A stretch of DNA of 54,838 nt, from NCBI GenBank assembly GCA_018303365.1, contig JAGVYI010000021.1, forward strand, positions 1 through 54,838. Direction: 5' to 3'. This document shows, piece by piece, positions 36,133 through 45,427 of this stretch. This stretch comes from Candidatus Woesearchaeota archaeon. GTDB lineage: Archaea; Nanobdellota; Nanobdellia; SCGC-AAA011-G17; JACPNG01. The number at the start of each line of letters is the position of its first letter. Position 1 is the stretch's first letter. The position numbers were made by a program, and so were the translations under genes. Under the pieces are notes generated by a model. It had not been told where the DNA came from. It was given only the letters and a program-made list of their open reading frames with translations, and made no database searches.

Positions 36133-36771
36133 TTAAACCTTTCTCCTTCTTTTTTCTAACATCCACACCCCTACATCTGTGTAGTATGTCTTTTTTCTAT
36201 GGAAGGTTAGGGTGGGTTTAAGAGGGAATTTTATAGGTATAATCCCCTTTATACTAAATCCATTATCTTCTGCGAGCGTTGCAATAAACCTTTCTCCTGC
36301 TATTTTGTGAATACTGTATATTGTCGGCGCCAACTCCATAGCTTTAAGTAGAAATGCTTTATCTGCATGGGGCTGCTTTGTACCAAATGGCGGATTTTGA
36401 ATGATGACCTGCGCTCTTTTTTTGTAGAGTCTAATCTCTCTTTGTACAAACTCTGCTCTATATTTTCTTTTTAGATTTTTCTCTACTGCTATTTTGTTTT
36501 CTTCTGCCTTCTTGAGAGCTTCAAGATCGATGTCAACAAATGTTACTTTTCTTGCGCCTAGGATAAGCGCACCTATTCCTAGGATACCGGTTCCGCACCC
36601 TAAATCAATGCAGGATTTGCCTTCTATGTCTCCGTTGAGAAATGCTTTCCAAATGACCTGTGCAGCTATTTCTGCTTCTGTCTGATATTGCTCTAGCTTA
36701 ACTTTAGGATTCTCGAAGGTGGCTAGCTTTGTTAATTCTACTGCCACTGATTTTTTTGTTATTTTTCCCAT
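36133..36771 (-). CDS. METTL5-family SAM-dependent (rRNA adenine-N6) methyltransferase
   Basis: KLEQYQT, DLGCGTGILGIGA, QNPPFGT..HADKAFL, FHRK. Confidence 0.9.
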   Translation of the reverse strand: MGKITKKSVAVELTKLATFENPKVKLEQYQTEAEIAAQVIWKAFLNGDIEGKSCIDLGCGTGILGIGALILGARKVTFVDIDLEALKKAEENKIAVEKNLKRKYRAEFVQREIRLYKKRAQVIIQNPPFGTKQPHADKAFLLKAMELAPTIYSIHKIAGERFIATLAEDNGFSIKGIIPIKFPLKPTLTFHRKKTYYTDVGVWMLEKRRRKV

Positions 36772-37222
36772 TTCCCCCTATTGTGATAATGTCTCCTATC
36801 GTCATCTCATCTTGCTTCTTCTTCTGGACCCTTTTGGTTTCTTCTTCTACTTCTTTTTGGAGTATTATATTTAAGTTTTGTTCGAGTTTTTTTGTTAGTT
36901 CAATAGATGGCTCTATTTGATTGTTTTCTATTTTTTGGATTAGCGACTCTTTTTGTGCCATTCTTGTTGCCAACTCTCTTTGTGTCAACCCTTTTATTTC
37001 CCGCGCTTTTCTTACTCTTTCCCCGATATTCTCGACAAGAACTACTGTATTCTTATCTCTTTTTGGTGGTCTAGAAATGTTCCTTTGCTTTACAAATGCT
37101 TTTTGAGCTGGCTTTATTACTCTTCCATAGCCGCTACATTCTTTGCATGTTTGGAGTGTCGTACCTTCTATTTTCACTTGCGCGAGCTCATCTTCTCTAC
37201 CACACAGCTCGCAGCTGCCCAT
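36704..37222 (-). CDS. mbf1: Multiprotein bridging factor 1 (aMBF1)
   Basis: CELCG..CKEC Zn ribbon; HTH AREIKGLTQRELA..IQKIE; TIGD motif. Confidence 0.92.
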   Translation of the reverse strand: MGSCELCGREDELAQVKIEGTTLQTCKECSGYGRVIKPAQKAFVKQRNISRPPKRDKNTVVLVENIGERVRKAREIKGLTQRELATRMAQKESLIQKIENNQIEPSIELTKKLEQNLNIILQKEVEEETKRVQKKKQDEMTIGDIITIGGNGKNNKKISGSRINKASHLRES

Positions 37223-37273
37223 TTTATTGTAATTTCTCATAAACTATTTAAACCTTTCTTCAGAGGGTTTTCT

Positions 37274-38668
37274 ATGCGAAAAGACCTACTCTTTCTAAGC
37301 ATTATTTTTGGACTTTTTGTAACATTTCGTATTATTCATATTTTAACTTATTTCCACTTCATCTTGTGGGACGAGGCAGTCTATCTTTCAATTGCCAAGT
37401 ATTTTTTTTCAGGCGGTCAATATGGTTTGTTTGAAACTATCCGACCTTTGGGACTTCCACTTTTACTGAGCCTCGGCCTTCATCTTCCTTTTGACCTTGT
37501 TTTATTCTCTGACATTATTATAATCCTTTTCTCTTTAGGTACACTCTTTGTTGTCTATCTTCTTGGCAAAGACCTTTTTTCCCCAGGTGTTGGCGTGCTT
37601 TCTGCATTACTCCTTTCTTTTCATCCTATATTTTTTTCAAACAGTCTTCGTATACTAACGGGGATTCCTTCTGTCTTTTTCTCGCTTCTTGCCGTTTACT
37701 TTTTTATACGTCACTCTTATACCTTGTGTGGGGTGTTCTCTTTTTTTGCTTTCTTTTTTCGCTATCCTCATGGGCTTTTGGTCCTTGTTTTTGGCTTTTC
37801 TCTTCTCTCTTTCTTTCTCAAAGACAAGGACTGGAAATATTTTATTTCCTCTTCTATTCGTTTGTTCTTGCCCTTTTTTATACTCCTAACTTCTTTCGCT
37901 GTTTTGTTTTCTCTTTTTTTTGATAATTTCTTTCTATCTTTTTTCAGTGCTGCATCACATCAAAATAACCCATTTTACACTGTTGTTGGATTTTGGAGAA
38001 ATCTCTTTTATTATCCTGGGGTAATTTTCTCTGGCTCTCTTGTTATGCTTTTTTCTGCCTTAGGCATTATCTCCTCTAGTTTGCGTTACCGTCTTACTCC
38101 CATCTACTTTTATCTTTTTTTCTATCTTTCCTACTTCACCTTGGTTGTTAATAAACAGCCTCGTTTTGCTATTTTGTTTCTTCCATTTTTTGCCCTATTC
38201 GCTTCTTTTGGGGTTTTTTCTGCTTACTCTTTCCTTTCTTCGCGTCGCGTCAAAACCGTATTCCTTATTTTTTCTATTTTCTTTCTGCTAAGTTCAACTC
38301 TTTCTTTCTATTCCTCTTTTGTCTCTTACTCGTCTTTTCCTAAGTCTGCACCACCCATTGTTTCTGAATATTATTCTTATTTTCCAGACTACCTCCCATC
38401 TCCTATTCTTACCAGTGATCCTGTTCCTGGGGCCTATCGCAATGTTCTTTTCATACCTTATTATAGTTCTTTGGACACTGCTTTTCAGACTGTTAACTCT
38501 TCTACCCCTTTTGTGGCCGGTGCTTACTTTAGTCGTGCACCTTTTCCTTGCTCTTCCCCTTATTGCAATGGCCAACTAGAAGAGATTTTTTCTCTACTTT
38601 CTCTAAAATTCGATCTTGCTTTTGCAGGCTCCTATGAGGAAGAGAAATATATCTTTATTCGGCCTTAA
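37274..38668 (+). CDS. GT-C fold membrane glycosyltransferase (GT39/ArnT/PMT-like)
   Basis: WDEAVY loop motif, RPLGLP, many TM helices, KQPRFAI; start placed at MRKDLL after the TATTTAAA box. Confidence 0.85.
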   Translation: MRKDLLFLSIIFGLFVTFRIIHILTYFHFILWDEAVYLSIAKYFFSGGQYGLFETIRPLGLPLLLSLGLHLPFDLVLFSDIIIILFSLGTLFVVYLLGKDLFSPGVGVLSALLLSFHPIFFSNSLRILTGIPSVFFSLLAVYFFIRHSYTLCGVFSFFAFFFRYPHGLLVLVFGFSLLSFFLKDKDWKYFISSSIRLFLPFFILLTSFAVLFSLFFDNFFLSFFSAASHQNNPFYTVVGFWRNLFYYPGVIFSGSLVMLFSALGIISSSLRYRLTPIYFYLFFYLSYFTLVVNKQPRFAILFLPFFALFASFGVFSAYSFLSSRRVKTVFLIFSIFFLLSSTLSFYSSFVSYSSFPKSAPPIVSEYYSYFPDYLPSPILTSDPVPGAYRNVLFIPYYSSLDTAFQTVNSSTPFVAGAYFSRAPFPCSSPYCNGQLEEIFSLLSLKFDLAFAGSYEEEKYIFIRP

Positions 38669-39317
38669 ACTTCCTTTCAATCTGTTTTTTTAACTCTGCA
38701 CTTCCAATGAATCCTTCTTTTATTACTTCATCATTTACCACTACCGTCGTGGGGTGGGTAATGTTATACCCTTGTTTTAGAGTGTCTACTAATGGTTCAT
38801 CATGGTAATCTTTATCTATCGAGAGCACAATGAGGTTGTCTTCATATTCCTTTTCAAGGTTTGTCAACACATACCCCTGTTTTATGCTCTCTTGGTTATC
38901 AATCGTGTAGAAAAACAAAATATAAACAATATCTTCATCACAGTGTTTTTGGAGGTCTTGGATTAGCATCATAAACTGTACTTCAAGTATAAAATACTTC
39001 CTTTTCAAATAGTCAAAATCTTTTTCATAACTCACCCTCTTTTTTGAATATTCACCTAATTGTTGTCCAATCTCTACAGTTGCATATTTCATCTTGTTGA
39101 TTCTTGTACTGAGAATTTCACATGCATTCTGTTTGAAATCTCTTAGAAGCCTTTCTTGTAGCAGGTAGCTTTCAGTCTCCAGTTCATTTCGCTGGAGGTT
39201 TTTGAGTACTTCTTTTGAGCGCAGGTTGTCAATACCTACCCCTAAACCAAGCCCTCCTATAAAGATGAGGGATGCAATTGCGAGACTTACTAGAATGTTC
39301 TTTTTGGGACTTACCAT
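38655..39317 (-). CDS. Membrane-anchored protein with C-terminal thioredoxin-like fold lacking CxxC
   Basis: N-terminal TM, helical region, then ILFFY..QGYVL..YNITHPTTVVVN..EGF. Confidence 0.65.
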   Translation of the reverse strand: MVSPKKNILVSLAIASLIFIGGLGLGVGIDNLRSKEVLKNLQRNELETESYLLQERLLRDFKQNACEILSTRINKMKYATVEIGQQLGEYSKKRVSYEKDFDYLKRKYFILEVQFMMLIQDLQKHCDEDIVYILFFYTIDNQESIKQGYVLTNLEKEYEDNLIVLSIDKDYHDEPLVDTLKQGYNITHPTTVVVNDEVIKEGFIGSAELKKQIERKFKAE

Positions 39318-40537
39318 TTGTTTTTGCTTCTCCTTGCTTCTTTTGTTACTGCAGTTATCCAATGAAGAGTTCTGACTATGGGATATACTGTCATATAAAT
39401 TACCAATATGCCTAGATTTGTCCATTTTTCATTTACTAGTTTATGCGCCTCATTGTACATATAAAGAGAGAGCAGAATTGTTATCGCTATCGGAAACATT
39501 ATTTTTATATTTAGACCAAGAAAAACTTCTTTGAGAGAGGGTATATCTATAAGACGGATTATGTTTACCCCCAATACTCCTACCTTTACCGAAGTAGTGT
39601 GTATTTTTTCTATTAATTCAATTCCTATCAACATTGCCATAGTGATTGTCACAATGATTGTTAATACATTCACAGGATACTGAAACATCCCTACCATTCC
39701 GTGCTTTTTATTAAAGAGGAATTGCTTGTACTTTACCGTATTGTAGATAAACCCTCTAAACCACCTTACTCTCTGATTCCAGAGTGTTCTAAAACTGTTG
39801 GGTACCTTTGTAAATGTTATGCATTCAGGAGCAATTTTTATTTTATGCCCTTTTGCAATTAGGTGTAGCGCTACTTCAAGGTCTTCTGTAAGATTGTTTT
39901 CATCAAACCCCCCAATTTCTCTTAATCTATGGGCCCTATACAGACTTAATGCCCCGGGTGTGTTGTGAAGAGTATTTATTTTTGCCATGAGTTTTCTTGA
40001 AAATGTTGATATGATGTACTCAAGGCGCTGGACTTTTTCATAGATATTTTTTGTTTCATCTACTTTAATTGCGCTAATTACTGCTGCTACTTTTTCATCT
40101 TCAAAGTAGGTAAGCATGTTATCTATAGACCCGAATGTTACTGTAGAATCTGCATCAACACATCCAATTATTTCCCCTGTTGCATTATTTACGCCCATAT
40201 TTAGGGCGGCTGCTTTTGTTCCACCATTCTTCTCCCTATTTAATAACTTGATTCTTGCACCCTCTTTGATGCATTCTTCTATTATTTCTTTTGTTTTATC
40301 GGTTGATCCATCATTGACTGCAATAATCTCTAACTTATCTTGCGGGTAGCCTGTGTTTTGGAGGGCCTGTAGGGTTTCTTTGATAACCATTTCTTCATTA
40401 TATGCTGGGACTATTATACTTACTTTCGGTTTCCACGGCCCTTTTTTTTCTTCCACCTCTGCGTAGAGGACTCTAATCCAAAATATCCCGAGAAATAGGC
40501 TTAGGAAAGAAACAAACCATACAGCAATTTCTATCAT
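39311..40537 (-). CDS. Processive GT2 glycosyltransferase (cellulose synthase/PgaC-IcaA-like)
   Basis: VPAYNEE, NDGSTD, KAAALN, DADS, TEDL, QRVRW; flanking TMs. Confidence 0.92.
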   Translation of the reverse strand: MIEIAVWFVSFLSLFLGIFWIRVLYAEVEEKKGPWKPKVSIIVPAYNEEMVIKETLQALQNTGYPQDKLEIIAVNDGSTDKTKEIIEECIKEGARIKLLNREKNGGTKAAALNMGVNNATGEIIGCVDADSTVTFGSIDNMLTYFEDEKVAAVISAIKVDETKNIYEKVQRLEYIISTFSRKLMAKINTLHNTPGALSLYRAHRLREIGGFDENNLTEDLEVALHLIAKGHKIKIAPECITFTKVPNSFRTLWNQRVRWFRGFIYNTVKYKQFLFNKKHGMVGMFQYPVNVLTIIVTITMAMLIGIELIEKIHTTSVKVGVLGVNIIRLIDIPSLKEVFLGLNIKIMFPIAITILLSLYMYNEAHKLVNEKWTNLGILVIYMTVYPIVRTLHWITAVTKEARRSKNKW

Positions 40538-41988
40538 CTTTCAATTTCCAAGATCTGTGTATTCTCACTTTCATAAATCTTTTTAAAATCTTTTCCGTAG
40601 GTCAATAGGAAGAGAAGACCATCCTCTTCGTTTTTCCACAGTTTCTTTTTCATGTTAGCATCAATCCAAATGTGAGTAATGCCATATTTTTCTATGACCT
40701 TATCGGCTTCTTTAATCTTTCTTGTTGCTGTTAAGTTTTTGAAATCTATGTTTCTTTCTTTTATGTCCCTAACCAGTTCAGTGTTTGAGTCCCAAACATT
40801 TTTCCTTTCCGCTATTGCGCTAATCCAATTTCCCTTTGTGATGTCTGAGAAGACAACTGCACTTTGATTACTTTGCTCCTTGAGAAACTCTAGGCTTTCT
40901 TTTATCTCATCTGTAGGTTGTGCTACTGTTAACGCTTTTACATGGGAAAATGAAGAGAATAGAAGGCCTGTTATTAAAACAAGGAGCGTCAAATTCTCTA
41001 TAAGCCTTATCTCCCAGCGTATTTTTAATATTTCTTCTATGCCCAGCGCTGCAAGTGCTGCAATTAGGGGGGTAAGATAAAAAAGGGTATCTTTGATGAA
41101 AATAGAAGTGATACTGAATACGATTATAGTTATATATATTATGCTGTGTTTGTACTTTTCTTTCCATAAATATACGAACCCGAATATTGCAAGAATTATC
41201 GCAAATATATTTAGTCCGAAGATCCCTCCCATATCTGCTAGCATGGTTTGTAGGGTTTGCACAAACCTTATTGGTGTATCTTGAATTATATGTGATGTTC
41301 TTGCAAGTGCCATTTGTATAACTATAACCGTACCGATAATAACCCCCGCTAGCCAAAGTTTTTTCTCTTTTTTTAGAAGCACATATATTGCAATGGATAG
41401 GAGACTGACGATTGCCGGTATGATTCCAAACGCAGCTGTTGCTATCAGCGCAAGATTCGCTCGTCTTGTATTTTCTTTTAGCATACTATCCATTGAAATC
41501 AGTAGCAGGAGAAGTGGAAATGCATTTTTGTTTACCGTTACAAAAAGATAAGTAAATGCAGGAGATAATACAAAGATTATCGTTGCAAGGAAAGCAATTG
41601 TTCGTGTTCTTTTTAGTGTTTTCACTATTGAAAAGAAAGTTAATGTTGTTAGTGCCCCTAACACTATCATCAGAAGATTTGCGATAATTCCTACCTGTAC
41701 GCTTCCATTCAAGCTTAACCACCTTATTATCTGTGGCAAGATATTAAATGAGTGAATTCTTCCACTAAAGCTCAGTTGGTCTTCCATTGTGTATTGAGCC
41801 TTTGCTTGTCTGAGGAAAAGATAGGTTTCATCCCCGATTGGTGTTGTATGGGGTCTGAGAATTAGCACCATCCCTAAGATTCCTACTGTCAAGGCTATAA
41901 GAATGACCGCGATTATCTTATCTACACTTGACGCGGTAAACTGTTGCTTTATCAGTTTCCTTGATTTTTCTGAAACAGTCCTGATCAT
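40534..41988 (-). CDS. Multi-pass membrane protein, GT-C/STT3-like with C-terminal extracellular domain
   Basis: GDETYLFLR..DQLSFSGR first loop, many TMs, C-terminal LEFLK..VVFS..GNWISAIAERKNV..KYGITHIWI. Start codon uncertain. Confidence 0.7.
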   Translation of the reverse strand: MIRTVSEKSRKLIKQQFTASSVDKIIAVILIALTVGILGMVLILRPHTTPIGDETYLFLRQAKAQYTMEDQLSFSGRIHSFNILPQIIRWLSLNGSVQVGIIANLLMIVLGALTTLTFFSIVKTLKRTRTIAFLATIIFVLSPAFTYLFVTVNKNAFPLLLLLISMDSMLKENTRRANLALIATAAFGIIPAIVSLLSIAIYVLLKKEKKLWLAGVIIGTVIVIQMALARTSHIIQDTPIRFVQTLQTMLADMGGIFGLNIFAIILAIFGFVYLWKEKYKHSIIYITIIVFSITSIFIKDTLFYLTPLIAALAALGIEEILKIRWEIRLIENLTLLVLITGLLFSSFSHVKALTVAQPTDEIKESLEFLKEQSNQSAVVFSDITKGNWISAIAERKNVWDSNTELVRDIKERNIDFKNLTATRKIKEADKVIEKYGITHIWIDANMKKKLWKNEEDGLLFLLTYGKDFKKIYESENTQILEIER

Positions 41989-43390
41989 CTATGTATGGAA
42001 TTTGTGACTCGTTATATATTCTTTTTGTTTTATCTGAGAAATAAATAAGGCTTACATTATATTCTCTAAACACTTCTCTAGCCCTTTTTCCTGAGATAGT
42101 TGTAAACAACCTTGTCAGATCATTGTACCTTTCGTTTATTTCCGGGGCGAGCATAAAGTTTGTATCCATGACATTTCTTCTCTCAGCTATACTCGTTATG
42201 TAATGTCCCTCTTCAGGAGATGCTGCTACTACTTCATGTGCTGCTGCTGTAGTTTTGATGTGGAGCAATGCTTCTTTTTCTTGAGGAGTAACTGCTTGAG
42301 CCATTGCCTGCTCTGCTTGGGTGTATGAAGGTACAATTAGTGTTGCAAGTATTGCAAGAACAATTGCTGGTTTTATAATGTGTTTTGCCTTATCGGCCTT
42401 TGTGAGGCGAAGGTACTGCGTTGTTCTCTCAAAGCCAGCAGCAGCCATCGTTGCCATTGCAATTCCAAGGATTGTTACCCCTGTATTGAAATTCATTACC
42501 TTAAAAAACAACAAGGTAGAAGTTGCCAATATTGTTGAAGAGAATGTTAGAAAAGCGTGGGATGTTTCTTTTGTAATCGCGAGAAATCTTCCGATTCCTC
42601 CAAGAACAATGGTTACAATCCCTGTCTGAACAAGAATATCCTTTATTTCTATATTCCTGAAGTATTCCCCTCTTATTACCATAGGTGTGTTATTCCATAT
42701 AGCATTCACCCCGTTTATGATAAAAGCCTCTTTGTATACTGCCAATTCAATAATGCTTACAAATAGAATTGTGAAGAGTATCACTTCTTTTTTTGCTTTT
42801 GTTACTACAATGCCTTCTACTGCCGCAAGAAGCAAGTATACTGCTAGACCAGATGCCAATAGTATCGCCAGTGGATGGAGCACAGCAAGTATCGCTGTTG
42901 TGAGTATGAACAGGTTGAGGTAGAATCCTCTTTCCATCTTTATAAAACAATAAAGGGCAAAGAATAAAAGTGGCAAGGCTATAGTGTATGGACTTATTTT
43001 ATTCAGCGTTTCTCTGATGATTATTGGGGTAAATCCTGAAATTGATGCTGCTACAATTTGCGCAGTTTTGTCCTTTGTTATTTCCTTTGCTGCAAGGTAT
43101 GTGATTAGAACTAATGTTGCAATCATAATACTTGTTAATATCTTAATGCCGTAAGGAATAACGCTCACAGGTGCAAGAATATAATAGAGGAGTGGCGATC
43201 CCACACTTTCGCGCCCACTATAGCTTAATGGATCGTATACTACGTGAGCGTATTTTTCTTTTACATTTTCAATATTTTTTAGAATATAATATGAGTTGCT
43301 ATCACTCCATTCTGGAGTTTGTAACATAAAAAAAACACGGAATAGTACAACGAATATGAAGACTCCCAGCACCAGTTTATAGCTTTTCAT
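41918..43390 (-). CDS. Multi-pass membrane protein, GT-C/STT3-like; paralog of 40534-41988
   Basis: DSNSYY..YDPLSYSGR; HP motif; C-terminal EALLHIK..EEGHYITSIAERRNVMD..EYNVSLIY. Confidence 0.72.
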   Translation of the reverse strand: MKSYKLVLGVFIFVVLFRVFFMLQTPEWSDSNSYYILKNIENVKEKYAHVVYDPLSYSGRESVGSPLLYYILAPVSVIPYGIKILTSIMIATLVLITYLAAKEITKDKTAQIVAASISGFTPIIIRETLNKISPYTIALPLLFFALYCFIKMERGFYLNLFILTTAILAVLHPLAILLASGLAVYLLLAAVEGIVVTKAKKEVILFTILFVSIIELAVYKEAFIINGVNAIWNNTPMVIRGEYFRNIEIKDILVQTGIVTIVLGGIGRFLAITKETSHAFLTFSSTILATSTLLFFKVMNFNTGVTILGIAMATMAAAGFERTTQYLRLTKADKAKHIIKPAIVLAILATLIVPSYTQAEQAMAQAVTPQEKEALLHIKTTAAAHEVVAASPEEGHYITSIAERRNVMDTNFMLAPEINERYNDLTRLFTTISGKRAREVFREYNVSLIYFSDKTKRIYNESQIPYIDDQDCFRKIKETDKATVYRVKCR

Positions 43391-43946
43391 CTTCCTGTTC
43401 TTTTTCTGCTTCCTTTCTATCCTCTAACTCTTCAGGAGCAGATCTTATCTCTTCTGGTATTTGGCTTTCTATTTTATCCTTTAGTTCTTCCTCTACAACA
43501 TCAAAATAATCGAAGAACTTTGATGTCAACTTCAAGAGTCTTGTCCTTCCCTTTTTCTCCGATGTTATAAATTTATTCTCCCTTAATGTTTTTATGTGAT
43601 CATATGCCGAGTTTCCCCTTATTTCAATTATTCCTGATTGCATTACTGGTTGTTTGTAAGCAATGATCGCCAATGTTTGGGTTGTAGGTCTATCGAATTC
43701 TGAATCTGATAGAAGGCTGGTTGTGAGGTAGCTGTATTCCTTTTTTATGTTGAGCTTCCATTTTCCATTTTCTTCTTGAATCTCGAGTGCAGTGTCCTTT
43801 CTTTCATAATTTTTTTTTAGTTCTTCTAGAGTGGTCTTGACATATCCCAGTGAGCCAATATGGCAGAGTCTTGCAACTTCTTCTATTTCCATGAATCTTC
43901 CGGTTGTGAACAGAATAGCCTCTACCTTTTTTATCTCCGATTCCAT
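43377..43946 (-). CDS. scpB: SMC-Scp complex subunit ScpB
   Basis: VEAILF, TLAIIAYKQP..IRG..AYDHIKTL, GRTRLLKLTSKFFDYF. Confidence 0.93.
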   Translation of the reverse strand: MESEIKKVEAILFTTGRFMEIEEVARLCHIGSLGYVKTTLEELKKNYERKDTALEIQEENGKWKLNIKKEYSYLTTSLLSDSEFDRPTTQTLAIIAYKQPVMQSGIIEIRGNSAYDHIKTLRENKFITSEKKGRTRLLKLTSKFFDYFDVVEEELKDKIESQIPEEIRSAPEELEDRKEAEKEQEDEKL

Positions 43947-43950
43947 TTTA

Positions 43951-45426
43951 TTATATTGCAAACCTTAAGATTGCCGCAACCCCTCCCAAGCTCTTTAACT
44001 GACTTCCTTCTCTTGACTCTATTGAGATGATGTGGGTTTGGGTGCTGAACTCTTCTGCTTTTTCTTCAAACTCTTCTATCAGCTGCTCATCTAAGCCTTC
44101 AGAAAGGAGCAGTTTTTCTACTACCCCCATTTCAAGCGCTTTCTTTACAGCTTCTTTTCCATAACTTGTTTTCTCTGGCTCTTTTGCAAGCAACTCAAAA
44201 AACTCGGTCATTACCTGTTTTTCCTGTATAATCTCTTCTTTTAGCAGAATATCATAAGACTTTTCTACCAGCTCATGTAAACCTGTTTCGTCTGTATAAG
44301 GAACGTCTTTTATTCCTAAAACTTTCCTTTTTAGTTCATTATTGAGATAATCCATGAACTCTTCTTTTGTTGGACCGGGTCCTCCGATGATAATCCCCTT
44401 GATTTCTTTGTTTTCGAGAAACTCTTTATTTGCCGCTTCTGCTATTCTTTTGTAGAACTCCTTTGCTGCTCCTTCCCTTATTCTGTGAAACCGCTGTGCA
44501 GAATTATGCACAACAAATCCGTTTGCTATGAAGTTTCCTTTTTCTACTTCTATGTCAATGAGTTCTATTTTTTTATCTGTCTTTTTTATACTTTCTATTT
44601 TTTCTCCTGTCCCTTTTTCTGTGAGAAGCTTATCTTCTGTTGTTAATTCTTCTGCTATCTTTGTACTTCCGTCTTCAATAAAGAAAATATGGTCTTTTGA
44701 GCTTTCAATCTCTTTTGTTTGCGTCCTTATTAGTATTGTTCGGTCCACACTTTTTTTCCATATCTTATTTACCTTGCTTTCTTCTGCCTTTTTTCCTTTC
44801 ACATTCCAAGACTTCACTATGTCTTCTTCTTCAAGTTCTTCAAGAGGTATTAGCTGACTGTCTGCCAATTCAATGATTGTATCCTGGTTTAAGCACTGCC
44901 CTCCTGCTCTTGTTTTTCCGGGTACACCTGATGTAAGGTGTCTGTCTGCTGTAATCCTTGTTCCTTTTAGAAAACCTAGTGAGGCTTCTCGCCTGTCTAG
45001 CACGATAAGACCGAACATTTCTTTTGTGTCAAGCATCTCTTTTAATATGTCGAGCACAAAGGTCTGGTCGCAACGATACATCCTTGTGTTGAGTGGTCCA
45101 GGTGGTTCAATGGACCATACTCTGATATCTATCTTACTTTCGTTCTCTGACGCATTTCCTGCAAATACTGCTAATCCATTGTCCGGTGTTTTCTTGAATA
45201 GCTTTAGGTGTCTTATTGTTTTTTCAAGAGAATCTATTACGTTTTTTCTTGTACGCGCATCTTTGATGTTTGTTGCTGTTCCTTGTTCTTGTTGCAGATG
45301 ATTAATTATCTTATTCATGTCATACCCTGCTGGGATGTAAACCGATACTAACTCGGTATGTCTTCCCCTAATCACTTCAAGTTCTCTCAAGAACTTTCTT
45401 AATATGTGTCTTTGTTTTCTATTCAT
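43951..45426 (-). CDS. prf1: Peptide chain release factor aRF1, intein-containing precursor
   Basis: GRHTELVSVYIP, NIKD, YRCDQTF, VPGKTRAGGQ|intein|SAQRF, GGPGPTK, GGVAAILRF. Confidence 0.96.
   Translation of the reverse strand: MNRKQRHILRKFLRELEVIRGRHTELVSVYIPAGYDMNKIINHLQQEQGTATNIKDARTRKNVIDSLEKTIRHLKLFKKTPDNGLAVFAGNASENESKIDIRVWSIEPPGPLNTRMYRCDQTFVLDILKEMLDTKEMFGLIVLDRREASLGFLKGTRITADRHLTSGVPGKTRAGGQCLNQDTIIELADSQLIPLEELEEEDIVKSWNVKGKKAEESKVNKIWKKSVDRTILIRTQTKEIESSKDHIFFIEDGSTKIAEELTTEDKLLTEKGTGEKIESIKKTDKKIELIDIEVEKGNFIANGFVVHNSAQRFHRIREGAAKEFYKRIAEAANKEFLENKEIKGIIIGGPGPTKEEFMDYLNNELKRKVLGIKDVPYTDETGLHELVEKSYDILLKEEIIQEKQVMTEFFELLAKEPEKTSYGKEAVKKALEMGVVEKLLLSEGLDEQLIEEFEEKAEEFSTQTHIISIESREGSQLKSLGGVAAILRFAI
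44503..44895 (-). mobile_element. Mini-intein (131 aa, no homing endonuclease) in aRF1
   Basis: Block A CLNQDTII at Cys178; block B ESSKDHIFF; blocks F/G LIDIEVEKGNFIANGFVVHN followed by Ser+1. Removing it restores GGQSAQRF. Confidence 0.95.
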
Positions 45427-45427
45427 C

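Noticed and set aside
36133..36771. Methyltransferase as the aRF1 GGQ methylase (HemK/PrmC)
   Set aside because: LEQY, NPPFG and FH motifs fit METTL5 rather than HemK (NPPY).
36953..37273. N-terminal 107 aa of the 571-aa ORF; similar extensions at 3764-3925 and 39318-39425
   Set aside because: They overlap neighbouring genes or promoters; downstream ATGs give better starts.
63..45426. Stop-codon reassignment (in-frame TGA in the transposase plus NIKD in aRF1)
   Set aside because: Conserved genes end at expected positions with TGA, TAG and TAA and have no internal stops.
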